DNA of 64,000 nucleotides from the NCBI GenBank assembly GCA_965644295.1, contig CBFFRP010000358.1:62001-126000 (forward strand), in the 5' to 3' direction. The stretch is from Paraphysomonas bandaiensis. Taxonomy: Eukaryota > Protista > Chrysophyceae. The notes beneath the pieces were generated by a model that was not told where the DNA came from, did not search any database, and was given only the letters and a program-made list of their open reading frames with translations. The translations under genes were made by a program, and so were the position numbers. Positions 11,737 to 23,871 of this stretch are shown here, piece after piece. How positions within the stretch are numbered: the first letter of the stretch is position 1; the number at the start of each line of letters is the position of its first letter.

Positions 11737-14197
11737 ACGGGGAACGTTGTAGTGTACACTATGAGGTATCAGGAACACGCTGCTTTATGTGTGTGGACTG
11801 CTACTATGTCATTAGGTAGTAATCGTCAATATATCAAAGAAATTTTAACTGAGGAAGCGTTGGTTGTAATAAAAATACATGGGTTACGTACGAACTCAAT
11901 GACGATGAAGTCAAGGCAAAATTAGAAGAATTGTGTCGCGTTAGTTTTAATGCTGAGTTATAGTCAGCAGTTGAGGATTTTAGCTATATATAGTAGTAAG
12001 AATGCTAGAAAATATTGTAGATAAACTGAAATACTTATCCCTAGGTTAAATGGTACTCCCTGATTAACATTAAGAAAAATGAAAGTATTGTTTCATATTA
12101 ATGGTATCTATACATAAGCTTAGAGAATGTCAGTTGCACTAGATTAACGATTAACATAATATATATAACATTTGTACCCTTTACACAGAACGATGCTGTC
12201 GGGATATAGCGAACTATGAGGTAAGTAAGTAATATTTACATAAGTAAAATTTGTATTTGCAAGGGGCTTCTTCTTGTCGTTGACAACATTAACATACTTA
12301 TGATTTATGTATATCATCACACTTAATCCCTTTTAGCTCTTAGTTGGGCTGCGTATAAATTCGCTACAGCTTGCTTCTATTAATTGATAAAAACATACTG
12401 CCAATTTGACACCGACGAGGTATAATAGGAATGCGTATCTTAGCTATTACACATAATCACCATAAGAGGTACGAACTACATGTTGTAGCTAGTAGTGAAA
12501 GGTTCAAAATTGCTGTAATAGTTTCATTAACATGTATGACATTGTGTCCAAATGTGTTTATTATAAATCTCAGAGACGGATTATACAATTTGCCTGGCTT
12601 CTGGAGGAAAAGCTTAATCGATGATAGTCAGACAACTGCAGAATCAAATAATAATCATTCGTGATAGTGGACAACCATCTTCAGCATTTCATTGCTTGAA
12701 GACAAATAATAACGATCATGACAGCAATGCATAGGCTGTAAAACAGCATTTTTGTTGTGAAGAAGTTAAATTGTATTTATTTAGCTATATATAATAATTA
12801 ATTTAATTGATCAACAATATGAGCGATTTGCGTAGTCCCTGAACGAGCGTTTTTGGATTATTTGTGCCGGAAATTGCGACCTCTATAAACTTCTATAGTA
12901 AGATTCTTCGTAAGAAAAACCTTTTATGCGTTGACACAGCCAAACAAGATAACAGTAGCATGAGTAATTCTACATTGTAGTGATTGATCGCTATTGGCTT
13001 CTGTCTGGCCACTTGCTATCAGGTTCGGTACTGACGTGTTGTGTCTAATTCCAATTGATATGGAGTATGTCAAGTTGGTGAAATTACGGGACGTCTTAAA
13101 AAGTTTTCAAAGTACGGGAATAGAATTACAGGAGGAAGGTGAACACTAATATTTATAAATCCCTGCTTCAAAAAACGGCTGTCGTGAAGATTCAAGGTTG
13201 CAACAAAGCCTCACTTATACCCCCGGACTGTACAGGATCGAATTAATATATCATCGTCTTCTCTGGGATGTTGACAGCTAATATATATATATATATATAG
13301 CTAATTGAGTATGTAGTTTAATATCAATTGAATTGCAATTCAACTAATTGAGTCAACAAGAAGTAATAATTACAATTAGAAGTGACTACGCCAATTAATT
13401 TACAATTATTACTTGTTTGGGAGCACTAATTCATAATGGTTAGATTTTTAGTTTTGCACTGATCAAGCAATAATGGCACTAGAAATCACGCCCACCCACT
13501 CCTTTGCTTTTCCTCAACATACTCCCATGGAACTGATCAGAGTTGCGTAACAGTTATTAATATAATAACAATTTTATTATTTTTGCAGGTTGCAATCAAA
13601 AATTGTAAAGTCGATGTGATGGCCGATCATAACAACTCTCCAATGTACATTAACATTCTGCTTGCTCGCTGCGTTTGCTTCTTAGAGTATGAGTTCACAC
13701 TATTCGGAATCTGTGTGCCAAATGACAGAGATAACACGACAAACTTTCCCCATGGATCCATAGCAATGGCAATGTGCAATGTGATTAGACGTCTACTGCT
13801 TATGGTAGTCTTTCGATTTCGATTTAGCAGAGGTCATCGAGACCTGATACTATATCTGACACTGTACATTTATGTGCTTTTATGTTACTCCTTGCTTTTA
13901 CTATATATTATATGCTTTAATTCACAAGCGGAGATGGTACATGACTTCCTACACTGCGTAAGTTACACTGAAGAAGATTACAAGAAGAAGGTGGCTGAGT
14001 CCATACAATAAGTGAACAATATGCAATCGTGAGAAATTTCCTATATTCTTGTTTCAAACCCAGGACATTTCAAAGTGTTAAAGTAAATGAGTATTAACGT
14101 TAATATTATTTTTGTATCCATTACAAAACAGAAAGACAAAAATCTATTGATTGAAGATTGAAGTACCTTTCTGCTCTTGTACTACCCCTGTCAGCCC

Positions 14198-14700
14198 TGT
14201 TGAGTTTTGCCGTTGGAGCAATTATTAAAAGCTGTAATTCTACCCATCAGTGATGTCTCGTGATGTTGTGAATATTCAATGTACAGCTGATGAGGATTTG
14301 GTGGTTGCGTATCCGTCAGTTATGTCTTGTGATGTAAGGATTCAATCGACAGCGTATCCGTCATTTATGTCTCGTGATGTTGTGAAGATTCAATGTACAG
14401 CTGATGAGGTCTTGGTGGTTGCGTATCCGTCAGTTATGTCTCGTGGTTTGGCAAATCAATGTACAGCTTTGAATTGAGAGGGAGTGTTGAGTTTTGCTGT
14501 TTGAGCAATTAAAAGCTGTAATTCTAAGGCGTTGGAATTATGACCGTTAGTCGAAGAATACAGCAGTGATGAGCTGTATTATGAGAAGTGATATCATGAC
14601 GATGTAAGATCGTACTAGAAATGAGTGGTAGTAGAGATAACGTGATATATCGCTTATTATACTTATTATAATCTTCTCTTATCTTAACTTGATTTAATGA
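14198..14700 (+). mobile_element. Copia relic: LTR-start fragment, tandemly amplified 3'-UTR, PPT (14476-14484), LTR from 14485
   Basis: tgttgagttttgc at 14198 and 14485; repeated ggtggttgcgtatccgtcagttatg equals the 3'-UTR of the 38962 element; PPT gagagggag. Right boundary approximate. Confidence 0.75.
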
Positions 14701-14994
14701 GTGAATACACGTCCAGTTAACTTAGTAAATCATCCAATTGTGTCATATCTTGACAAGCCCATTGATCGTCATGAGCAACATAAGTGTTGCTGCCAGCAGA
14801 CATTGCCCCATTCGTAGCTACACTGTTTCTAACTGAAAGTGTCTTAAATTCAATGACTTCAGTAAAATATCAGTATGACCATAGATATAAGACAATAAAT
14901 GATAAGAGACGTTGATCACAATTTAACTAATTTTATTATTTGAATGCATGTTATGTTTAGTTACTTCATTTACATTCAAATGTCAGTTTCGGAT

Positions 14995-15335
14995 ACGATG
15001 GCGGATTCAAACTGACAGTAACTTCCAAAGTTCGATCAGTTCGGGGCAATTATCTGGATTAAGAAACTCAACGTGTGGCTCATGCAAAAGAATCGAAATC
15101 ACTCAAGACTCAAGGAGCGACCAGTGAAACCAGATGATAATGCACCGACAGCAATTCAAGTCAAATACAAGGAGGATATCGAAAAGTAGTTGGAGAGTAA
15201 GGACACTTGTATCACCTCAAGCTGTGATGGAAGTACTGGGATGGTCGATCAATACTTCCGGGAGAAAGACATGCTTCAGTACGATGATCCTGAACAGGGT
15301 TTACTAGCCAGTGACTTCATTGCGAGGCTATTGAA
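14995..15335 (+). pseudogene. Decayed Copia gag N-terminus
   Basis: LPKFDQFG..W.K.L.VWLM.KNRNH...KDTCI...VDQYFREKDML matches the gag at 39281; contains stops. Confidence 0.85.
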
Positions 15336-15912
15336 GTACCCACTGACCTATCGAAACACGGGGGAAACTGCAACAACTGTGTAGTAATTTATAGCTCAAG
15401 GCGATGCACCCTCTAACGATATGGTTACCACGTGATCAAGCGAAGGTCCTCAGGATATGAGCAGTCAAAAGAAAGAAGAACGAAGAAGGAAGAAGGAAGA
15501 AGGATCTAAGGACAGCTCAAATGAAGCGACATGGGAAGCGTCACAGCGTTAGAGGCGCTCTGTTTGCAAGCAAGACAAGTCGAGAGTGGCGTCATCAGGA
15601 TGACAGTGTGCACATATGCATAGCACACTTGCAGATGAAGATGATAAAAAACTGAAAAGTGAGGGAAAGCAAAGAAAACCCTCATTTTTTTGCTATAAAC
15701 TGAAAAGAGTTTTTGAGAAATGCCGGAAAAGCCCACAACTCCTCAAAACCGTTTCTGTTCTAGTCGGAACAGCTGGGCGTGTTGGGGGATCACATGCGCT
15801 GCACTGTGCTGCAGCATGCTTTGGATATTTAAGTATAAACTACTTGAATGACTGAAGGGACACATGGACAGAGTTCGACCCTTCCTGCGACTCACCGCAT
15901 GAATTGTTGAGT

Positions 15913-17068
15913 ATGGATTATATTAAGCTGAGTCGAGTCGAGTGTATAATTGACTATGCACGCAAAGACGAATACAGGGCGCTCAAATTCATGCTCAAAG
16001 ACCACCCTGAGCTAGTCAACTGCATGAATGAGGTGAGACACTTCCTGTTCGTCCGTCCGGTCGAGTTAGTGTTTTCTTTATTCAGGACATGGACAGCGCT
16101 CTTCATGTGGCATGTATTCATGGCAACCATAGATCAGTAAAGATTCTTGTGCACCGGCATGCGGATATACAACAGAAAAATATGGTATGTGTTCTGCGGT
16201 ATATCTACGTACCTTGAATACAGATTCGTGTTGTCACTATTCAACTAACACTTATTCAATACAGTTTGGGAAGAGTCCCTTGCATATTGCATGCTATAAA
16301 GGCTATCCGAAGATAGTTCGTTACCTTATGCTTTCTTGCCGTGCTCAGATAGCAGCTCTTGATTATGTAAGTGGACATAGTTAATTCCAATGAGTATCAT
16401 GACTGACAGATTACCAATGATGCTGGTATTTTATTGCAGCGCGGGAACACCCCACTCCACGAGGTTTGTGTGTCGCCCACACCATCCTCTGAGATTCTGA
16501 AGCTGTTGTTAGTTTGTGGGGCCGATATTCACAAGTTGAACGATGTAAGCCGCTTTCTAGATGTAGACACTGTGCATTGCGAAAGTATACTATCATATCT
16601 ATGCCATATGCTATCTTCGAATGGAATGCCGCATAGAATTGACTCCAAAAAATCGGCGTACTTTTAGTTACAATGTTCTGAGAAATTTATAATTTACGTT
16701 CTACATGTAGTTCAGAATGTCACCGGTTCATGTGGCAGAGAAGATCAGTCCACACCCGGAGAAAATTCTTCCCATTATTAAGAATTATCTCCCTGTAAGG
16801 AATTATATGTCGTCAGTGATGTAACGATTGTAGATATATATTGCATATTGAAGTTCTTGCTGTGTACTGTCAAATTTCGGCAGATTTATGTATGATGTGC
16901 GTATAGTGAAGTGCAATGTTGCATGGTACACAGTTTTGCTGACTTAATCGGCGGATGTAGGTGGAAACGACCTCTGAGGAAAGAAAGCGCGATAGAGTTT
17001 TGTTCAGCCTAGGTATGGGTATTGCTGCTGGTTTTGCTGGAGCGATGAAAGCAGTACAGGATAGGTGA
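15913..17068 (+). CDS. Ankyrin-repeat protein, 6 exons (15913-16032, 16086-16184, 16265-16366, 16440-16544, 16711-16794, 16961-17068)
   Basis: SALHVAC, KSPLHIAC, GNTPLHEVC and MSPVHVA ankyrin motifs joined in frame through canonical phase-0 GT-AG introns. Confidence 0.85.
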
Positions 17069-18691
17069 TGCCATATCGCATTCTACACGTGTGCTTTTCG
17101 TGTAGATGGTGTACGTTACTACTTGAACTGTATTAAATGTAGTTCAGTTTATAGTACTATCTATACTACTACAAGCAATATTTACTGATATATGTTCTTC
17201 TGGAAAGTATGTTATGTATTTTGATGGTCGTTGATTACAACATCTTTTGTACTCCGTTGTGTTCTGTTTTATGAATTGGGTGGTGGCTAATGATAGTGTG
17301 CAAACCTCAGACAAAACGCAGCTGTGTTGCCTAAAGCAGAAGAGTGCTCCACCATAACAAGAGGTCACCAGCGGTCAGGTGCTGTCATAGTGCAGGATGC
17401 ATCTGAATTCAGAAGCAATTTAGAAATGCTTACTAAACGAAGAAAGCGCAAAGACAATTCGAAAAAAGGGAGTCAAATAATTCCCACATGAAAGTAATAT
17501 ATTGTGTGAATTGGATACACTCAGTGGTGTCGTTTATTGTTGTAACTTCATGCATGTATGACCGCCGTTGTCAATGTGATGTGCTTATATATGTAGGCCT
17601 CTGTAGCTTTTATTGATGGTAGTATGTTTTCATACGTTTTATTATTGTTCATTGTATCCAGATGTATTTCAATGTGATATGTCCTGTAGCGGAGATTCAG
17701 TCTGATTGTCGTAAATGTAGTGGTGAATCCATTTTTTTAATGCAAACTTTGTGGAGATACAAAAAGTGAAGATACATTATTACTTTTTTTCTTCTACTGT
17801 ATGTGTTGAAAACTCATCGTTATGTAAATTGGAAACTATTTAATGTAGCGATTGCTGTAGTTCTCTCGGGGTGTGTCAATATATGCGTTAGTAATAGTGT
17901 AAGTAATTATACTATACAGCACTACTCTAGAGTTATGATATAATATGGGAATAAGCTTGATTATAGATACTGTATAAGAATCTGTCTGGGATTGTATATC
18001 ACTTAGTGGTTGAAGTACAACAGCTCAATGTATTAAAAATATACAATATAGTGACTACCAGGGCTGCGTATCAATTAATTGATTCTCAATTAATTGCAAT
18101 AGTTGAAATTGAAGTAGCAATTGCAATTATAATTGACTACGTGTAAGTGTTAAATGATAGCCCTCAGCTCAAAGCTCAAAGAGTGGAAGGGAAGGAAACT
18201 ACAGCGTTTTGTTTATTCTTTTAATCTTCTCAACTACTGTATTCTTCACTGACAGTCACAATTCAAATTCCTTTAAAAAAATACAGCTTTTATTGATCAA
18301 TATTGCAATACGCAGGTTTCTTGAATAATTTAGAGGGATACTCGGCAGGGATAGGGAACAATATATTGTATTGCAATATATTGTAAAATATATTGATTGG
18401 TGAACTGGTCAAATATTCCATCTGCTGCTTGCTGCTCAGAGTTTTGTTATTGTGCCTTACACCTTAACACGTAGTTGGAGGTGTCCAGTTATAAGAGCTT
18501 GGGGGTGCCTGAGCTATTGTAAGGCTAATAACTAGAGTATTCTCCTTCTTATTTTGTTTCATCATTCCTATATTATCTTATTTATTTAGTCTTTTATAAG
18601 CTGCACCCGGTGTTATACCTCGGGTTAGCTATAGGCACATGACACACAATAATGTATATCAAAATTACATACACACAATATTGATATTGTT

Positions 18692-20391
18692 ATGCATGCT
18701 ATCAGTAATAGCGATGACATTGACGAGCTAACCGATACACCAAAGAGTGTTCAAGATGCTCTTTCAGGTAAATATAAACAGCAGTGGATCGATGCTATCA
18801 ACAGAGAAATATCCACTCTTCAGAGGAAAGGATGCTGGAGATACACTGCGTTGTTACCACCTGGAGCAAGAGCCATAAAGGGGAAACTCATATTCAAAAT
18901 AAAAAGAAAACAGAATGATATCAAATTCAAGGCTCGACTGGTCGCACAGGGTTTTACTTAAATCCAAGGCATCGATTATAATGATACATACAGCCCCGTC
19001 GCGAAGGCTACATCACTACGTACAATTAGTGCCCTTTCGACTATTATGAGACTCAAATTGCACCAAATCGATTTCACAACTGCGTACATCAATGCTGACC
19101 TCGAAGAGGACATATACATGCATCCCCCTCCTGGCATGGACGTCCCTGACGGAAAAGTCCTCAAACTGATGAAAAACATCTATGGTCTAAAGCAAGCAGG
19201 TCTTAACTGGTATAAGTGCTGTACAAATTTTATGCTAGATATGGGTTTCACCAGACTAATATCTGACCCGTGTATATATTCAAAAAGCAGATTAAGGGCA
19301 GGATTATGCTAATAGCCATGTATGTGGATGATATTATTATAGCATCTACATCCGACACTGATATCCAACAATTCAAAGACCATTTATCCAAAAAGTTCGA
19401 TATTACGGATCTCGGACTCTTAGATTATTATTACTTGGGGATTTCCATCCATCAAGACTTTGATAAGAATATCACGACTCTCAGTCAGGAGCAGTATGTC
19501 AACAAACTACTGGACAAATTCAATATGTCCAACTGTAAACTCATGTCAACACCTATGTTACTTTCCTTCAACTATGATTTACATGAATACAATCATCTTT
19601 CAGAGTCAAATCAAAGCTATGTTCAGAATTTCCCCTACAAGGAGGTCATAGGTTCCCTGATGTATCTAGCTGTATGCACTCGACCGGATATCGCCTACGC
19701 AGTCAATACTCTTGCCAGATTTTCTGATATGCCTAATCTAACTACCTGTAATGCTGCGTTACATGTTCTTAGGTATCTCAAAGGCACTGCTAAGCAAGGA
19801 TTGATATATTCTGGATCCCACATAACATTGTCAGGATACTGCGATAGCGATTGGGCACGATGTCACCTCACTCGACGGTCCACTACAGCTTTTACATTCT
19901 TCATAGGTAATTGTCTTATATCATGGCAATCTTGATTACAGACAACTGTGGCATTGTCATCTACTGAAGCTGAGTATATGGCATTAACGTCAGCAGCTCA
20001 GGAAGCATTATGGCTACGCTCTTTATTATCAGAAATTGGTTTCAAACTTCCATTCTCAACAACTATTGGGTGCGATAATAAAGGTGCAGTCCGATTATGT
20101 TACAATCCTACTCATCATCGACGTACAAAACATATCGAGATTCGATATCACTTCATCCGTGAACACATTGCGGAGAACATTTTGACTGTGGATCATATAT
20201 CCACAAAGTCAATGTTAGCCGACCTCCTTACGAAACCACTAGGAGCAAATAACTTCCGCACATTGCGAACTACATTGATGGGGGGAGCAGGGTTCGACAT
20301 CCCATCCAGCAACAACAGAAAGCGATCAACAACCTCAGAGACACCTAAATCACAATTACCAAGCCACAAGCGACCTAGGTGGCTAGTTTGA
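18692..20391 (+). pseudogene. 5'-truncated Copia RT-RNase H (second family), with stops and a frameshift
   Basis: FKARLVAQGF, IYGLKQAG, YVDD, TRPDIAYAV, YCDSDWA, SSTEAEY, RTKHIEIRYHF; TAA at 18959-18961, frameshift near 19280, TGA at 19933-19935. Confidence 0.93.
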
Positions 20392-20590
20392 GTTACACGG
20401 AGTTTTTACCATTTTTTTTTACTTTTATTAATACATGATGCTGGACTAGAAGAATAGTCTCACAATATGGCATCTCTGCAGTTCGCTTATTATTGACTAG
20501 TGACTGCTACTCTGGTTTTTACTCTCAGTGTGCATAAGTTCATATTCTCTCTATTATCTACGGTTCACTGATTATTTCGTTGAGGGGGCG

Positions 20591-20876
20591 TATTAGGATT
20601 CAGCTTAATACATGATTGTATCTGTGAGTTATAATGTTCAATGAAATATACCATGAACTGAATTAGAGAGAGTATCTGTCGAAGATACGTGATCGTCATC
20701 ATAACGTCGTCATTATCAGTTACACTTCTAACTATTCCGTTATGCATGATAGCTACGTTCTATATTGTTATTCAAAATTTTCACTCTATCGTGTTCATTA
20801 CTTACACTCTAATAATCACAACATTGTTTTACTATTATAAAGATCAATTCTTTATTTATATTAAGAACTTGTAATA
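20591..20876 (+). mobile_element. Putative 3' LTR of the 18.7-kb Copia with TATTA...TAATA ends
   Basis: Directly follows the PPT-like tgagggggcg (20581-20590); 5-bp inverted termini; no partner LTR in the window. Confidence 0.45.
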
Positions 20877-20973
20877 TTGATTTGGCGTGAGTGATGCGGA
20901 TTATATAGTAATAAGTGTAAGTGCATGCAATGCTATATCAATACAATGATGGCATGCAGTGCAAGGTGCAGTG

Positions 20974-21258
20974 TGCCCCATTCTGAGCGCGTACTTAGGT
21001 AGATCCAGGTGGGGGCCGGGTGGGTGCCTAACTAATACTTGATTTAAGTCCCATACGTTATTTGCTAGCTACCTACTGAACCCAACTAGCTACATCATTA
21101 TCACACGGTATTCAGCGCTGAATATGCAGTGAGAACCCAGAGCGGGGAACTGCTGAACTAAGCAATGTGTATATAGGTAGAGGCGAGCAATCGCAGCACT
21201 CGGCAGCACCCACTAGAGGGCCGCACGCAGTAATTAGTTACGCTGTCAATATGGGGCA
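20974..21258 (+). mobile_element. 285-bp MITE (TG...CA family), left copy
   Basis: Imperfect TIR tgccccattctgagcgcgta / reverse complement tgccccatattgacagcgta (16/20). Confidence 0.75.
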
Positions 21259-22084
21259 GTCCTCTACATATTGGCACCACCTCGTCGATGAACTCTTCAC
21301 TCTTAGCCTTGTGGTCTTTGCTTCCACACTGAAAACACCCTATATATGCTTCTGAACCCACTTGCTGTGCTTCTTTCCTCTGCTGTAGTCATCTCATTTC
21401 GCTTGAACTGCTTCACACGACATACACATACATGCAGTATGCAGTATAAGCAGTTGACATTCTCTACACCTTCTTGTTTGTCTAGCTATCACTTAGTTTC
21501 ATCGAATTCTTCATACGCATCTTTGATAATCTGATATGTAGTCGTTGCTTTAGTATGCAGCATTGGGCGGTATAGCTAACCATCACACACAACTCCTTCA
21601 GCTCTGGAGCAGGGGGTGGTTCATTGAAAATCATCATTTTACACAACTCCAGATCTCCAGACATCCATCTCAAAGATGAGAACAACCGCTATCTGTTCGA
21701 AGCTTGATTCCTCATTTCGATCAGTGGATGCTAACCGAAGCAACGAACCACAATACTATTAATAGTAAGATATGCTCACTCCATCATACTGTACTGCTGA
21801 GTACTGCTATATTACATGCAGCAGTACACACACTCCTATGTACAGCAGTACAAACACACTCATGTCATGTACACATCATCTCATATATAAAAATGGGGTT
21901 TTTACGGAACTAAAAACTGAGGGCGTCGTGGTGCCCGTCCCTCAGGGACGGGGTGGCAGTATTATATGAGGGACGGGCCCTCCCCTTCGGGGACGGCCAA
22001 ATCAATTTTTCATTAAAAAGACACTTTTTCACTTTTCACTAATAAAAAAACGATGACTTTTCAATGAATAACAACCACCCCCTG

Positions 22085-22101
22085 TATGTATGTACAGTAT
22101 G

Positions 22102-22133
<32 letters not shown>

Positions 22134-22263
22134 TGTATGTATGTATGTATGTATGTATGTATGTATGTATGTATGTATGTATGTATGTATGTATGTATGT
22201 ATGTAGGTATGTATGTATGTATGTATGTATGTATGTATGTATGCATGTATGTATGTATGTATG
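22085..22263. repeat. (TATG)n microsatellite at the inner end of the left arm
   Basis: Tetranucleotide array with a few variant units. Confidence 0.97.
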
Positions 22264-22309
22264 TTCACTAATAGAAAAACCATGACTTTTCAATGAATAA
22301 AATCCCTTG

Positions 22310-23623
22310 GCGATGTTGCTTTCCATTTGGCCTATCAATACCAATAGCGACCTTTTCATTGGGTCTAATTTGAAAAAATGGGTATTTCCTAACTCACTTC
22401 TCAACCTATCCATAAGAGTTGGAAGCATTTCATTGGACAAAACTTCCTTGTAGGGATCATCAGCTGTTGTCCTACGCTTCGCTTCCATGCATGCATGTAG
22501 ATTGGCAACCTTGGTATACATCTGCGTCATGTTCATAAGCCTCCCAAATCGTTGCTGCCCCATTCTGAGGGCGTACCCTAGTGAAGTACTAGTGTTGACT
22601 AAGCTAAGTAACGTATAGATTGTTAATAAATCTCAACGCATTCTTTGTGATCTACACTATACGTATACTTGCATAGCCTATATGAGATTACGAGAAACCC
22701 CGCGCATTCTAGGGGAGGGAGGGGGGCGGCCAATGTCACACTAGACCTATACTGAGCCATGCATGGTCACGAGAAGCTCGGCGTAATCTTTGTTAGGTAA
22801 TAATGGGAAGGTACACATGGTCCTACTAGAATCTGCGCGAATTACATAAAAGTCATGCATAGTCATGCATAGTTATGAGAAGTCCCGCGTAATCTCAGCA
22901 AAGGTTAACACAGGTGGGAGGGGCAACAGAATATGCGCGTGATCTATGTGTCTATGTGGTCAGCTACATTGGTACACGGGTGGGTGGGTAGTAGAATCAG
23001 TGCTATATCTCGGTGTTTTAGGTGGTGTGCAGCCAGCCTACACTATGGCAACGCCCTCGGAATGGGGCAGTTGCAACACAAGTATCATTTTGCTCATGTC
23101 ATAATTCTCGTGCTCTACCACCTTCAGCAGGTTTTGGCTCTAGCCCCAATTGATTTCGATTCTTCTTGATCAGATGGATCCTTATCTTCTCAGCTGATAC
23201 CTCAGCCTCCTCCTTGACAAACTTCAGCACCTTGTTCTCCTTCCCTCATCAGAGCTACCACACGCTACCATATGTTAGAATTAGACATTTCACTGAAGTT
23301 AACTTTGCTCTACACGTAAACCTTAAGCTTGCTTTGTTGCACACAATGCACTTTCAAGTAAGAAATTATAATTATTAATCTGAACACTTCACTACGTATT
23401 CAGCCGCATCTGTTTATCATATGTTCATCAGTCTATCTTATATAGTCACACATCAGTAACTGAATTCAATTCCTTTGTAACTATAACCACCCGTATTAAC
23501 TCACTTCAATTGCAAATTATTTCACATCATATTGCAGAGCTCAACATTCTTTGAGTAACGGTTATAATTCAAATATCATTGAAACTACAGCTTTTAATTG
23601 CTCACAAACAGCAAAACTCAACA
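22310..23623 (-). mobile_element. Truncated Copia: 5' LTR (23273-23623), PBS-like tggtagc, decayed gag interrupted by a MITE
   Basis: Reverse complement LTR tgttgagttttgctgtttgtgagc...tctaaca; gag-like KNRNQLGLE...DTCVATIWEA reads across the MITE insertion site. Confidence 0.8.
22556..23069. mobile_element. 514-bp MITE with TGCCCCATTC TIRs and perfect 5-bp TSD GTTGC
   Basis: tgccccattctgagggcgt / acgccctcggaatggggca; gttgc at 22551-22555 and 23070-23074; removal restores the gag frame. Confidence 0.88.
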
Positions 23624-23871
23624 GAATCACGTACCAAAAGATTTGGCTGCATCTAATTATAAACAACAAGAATCTAGCTAGTACAATGGGACAGCACACA
23701 ACTGAGAAACGCACAGGTGGTTCAAACCAACAAGCGGCTAACAGTTAGTAGGTTGTTCAGTTTCTTAATTAGCAACAAAAGCAAGATATTATGCCATACT
23801 GCAGATACAAAAATTCAGAAATTCAAAACAACTGAATAGCACAATTGACGTTTTCCGTCAGACAAGTTGTA

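Noticed and set aside
11760-13260. Possible decayed hAT-like transposase fragments (e.g. LRDVLKSFQSTGIELQ)
   Set aside because: Too fragmentary to support a call without a profile search.
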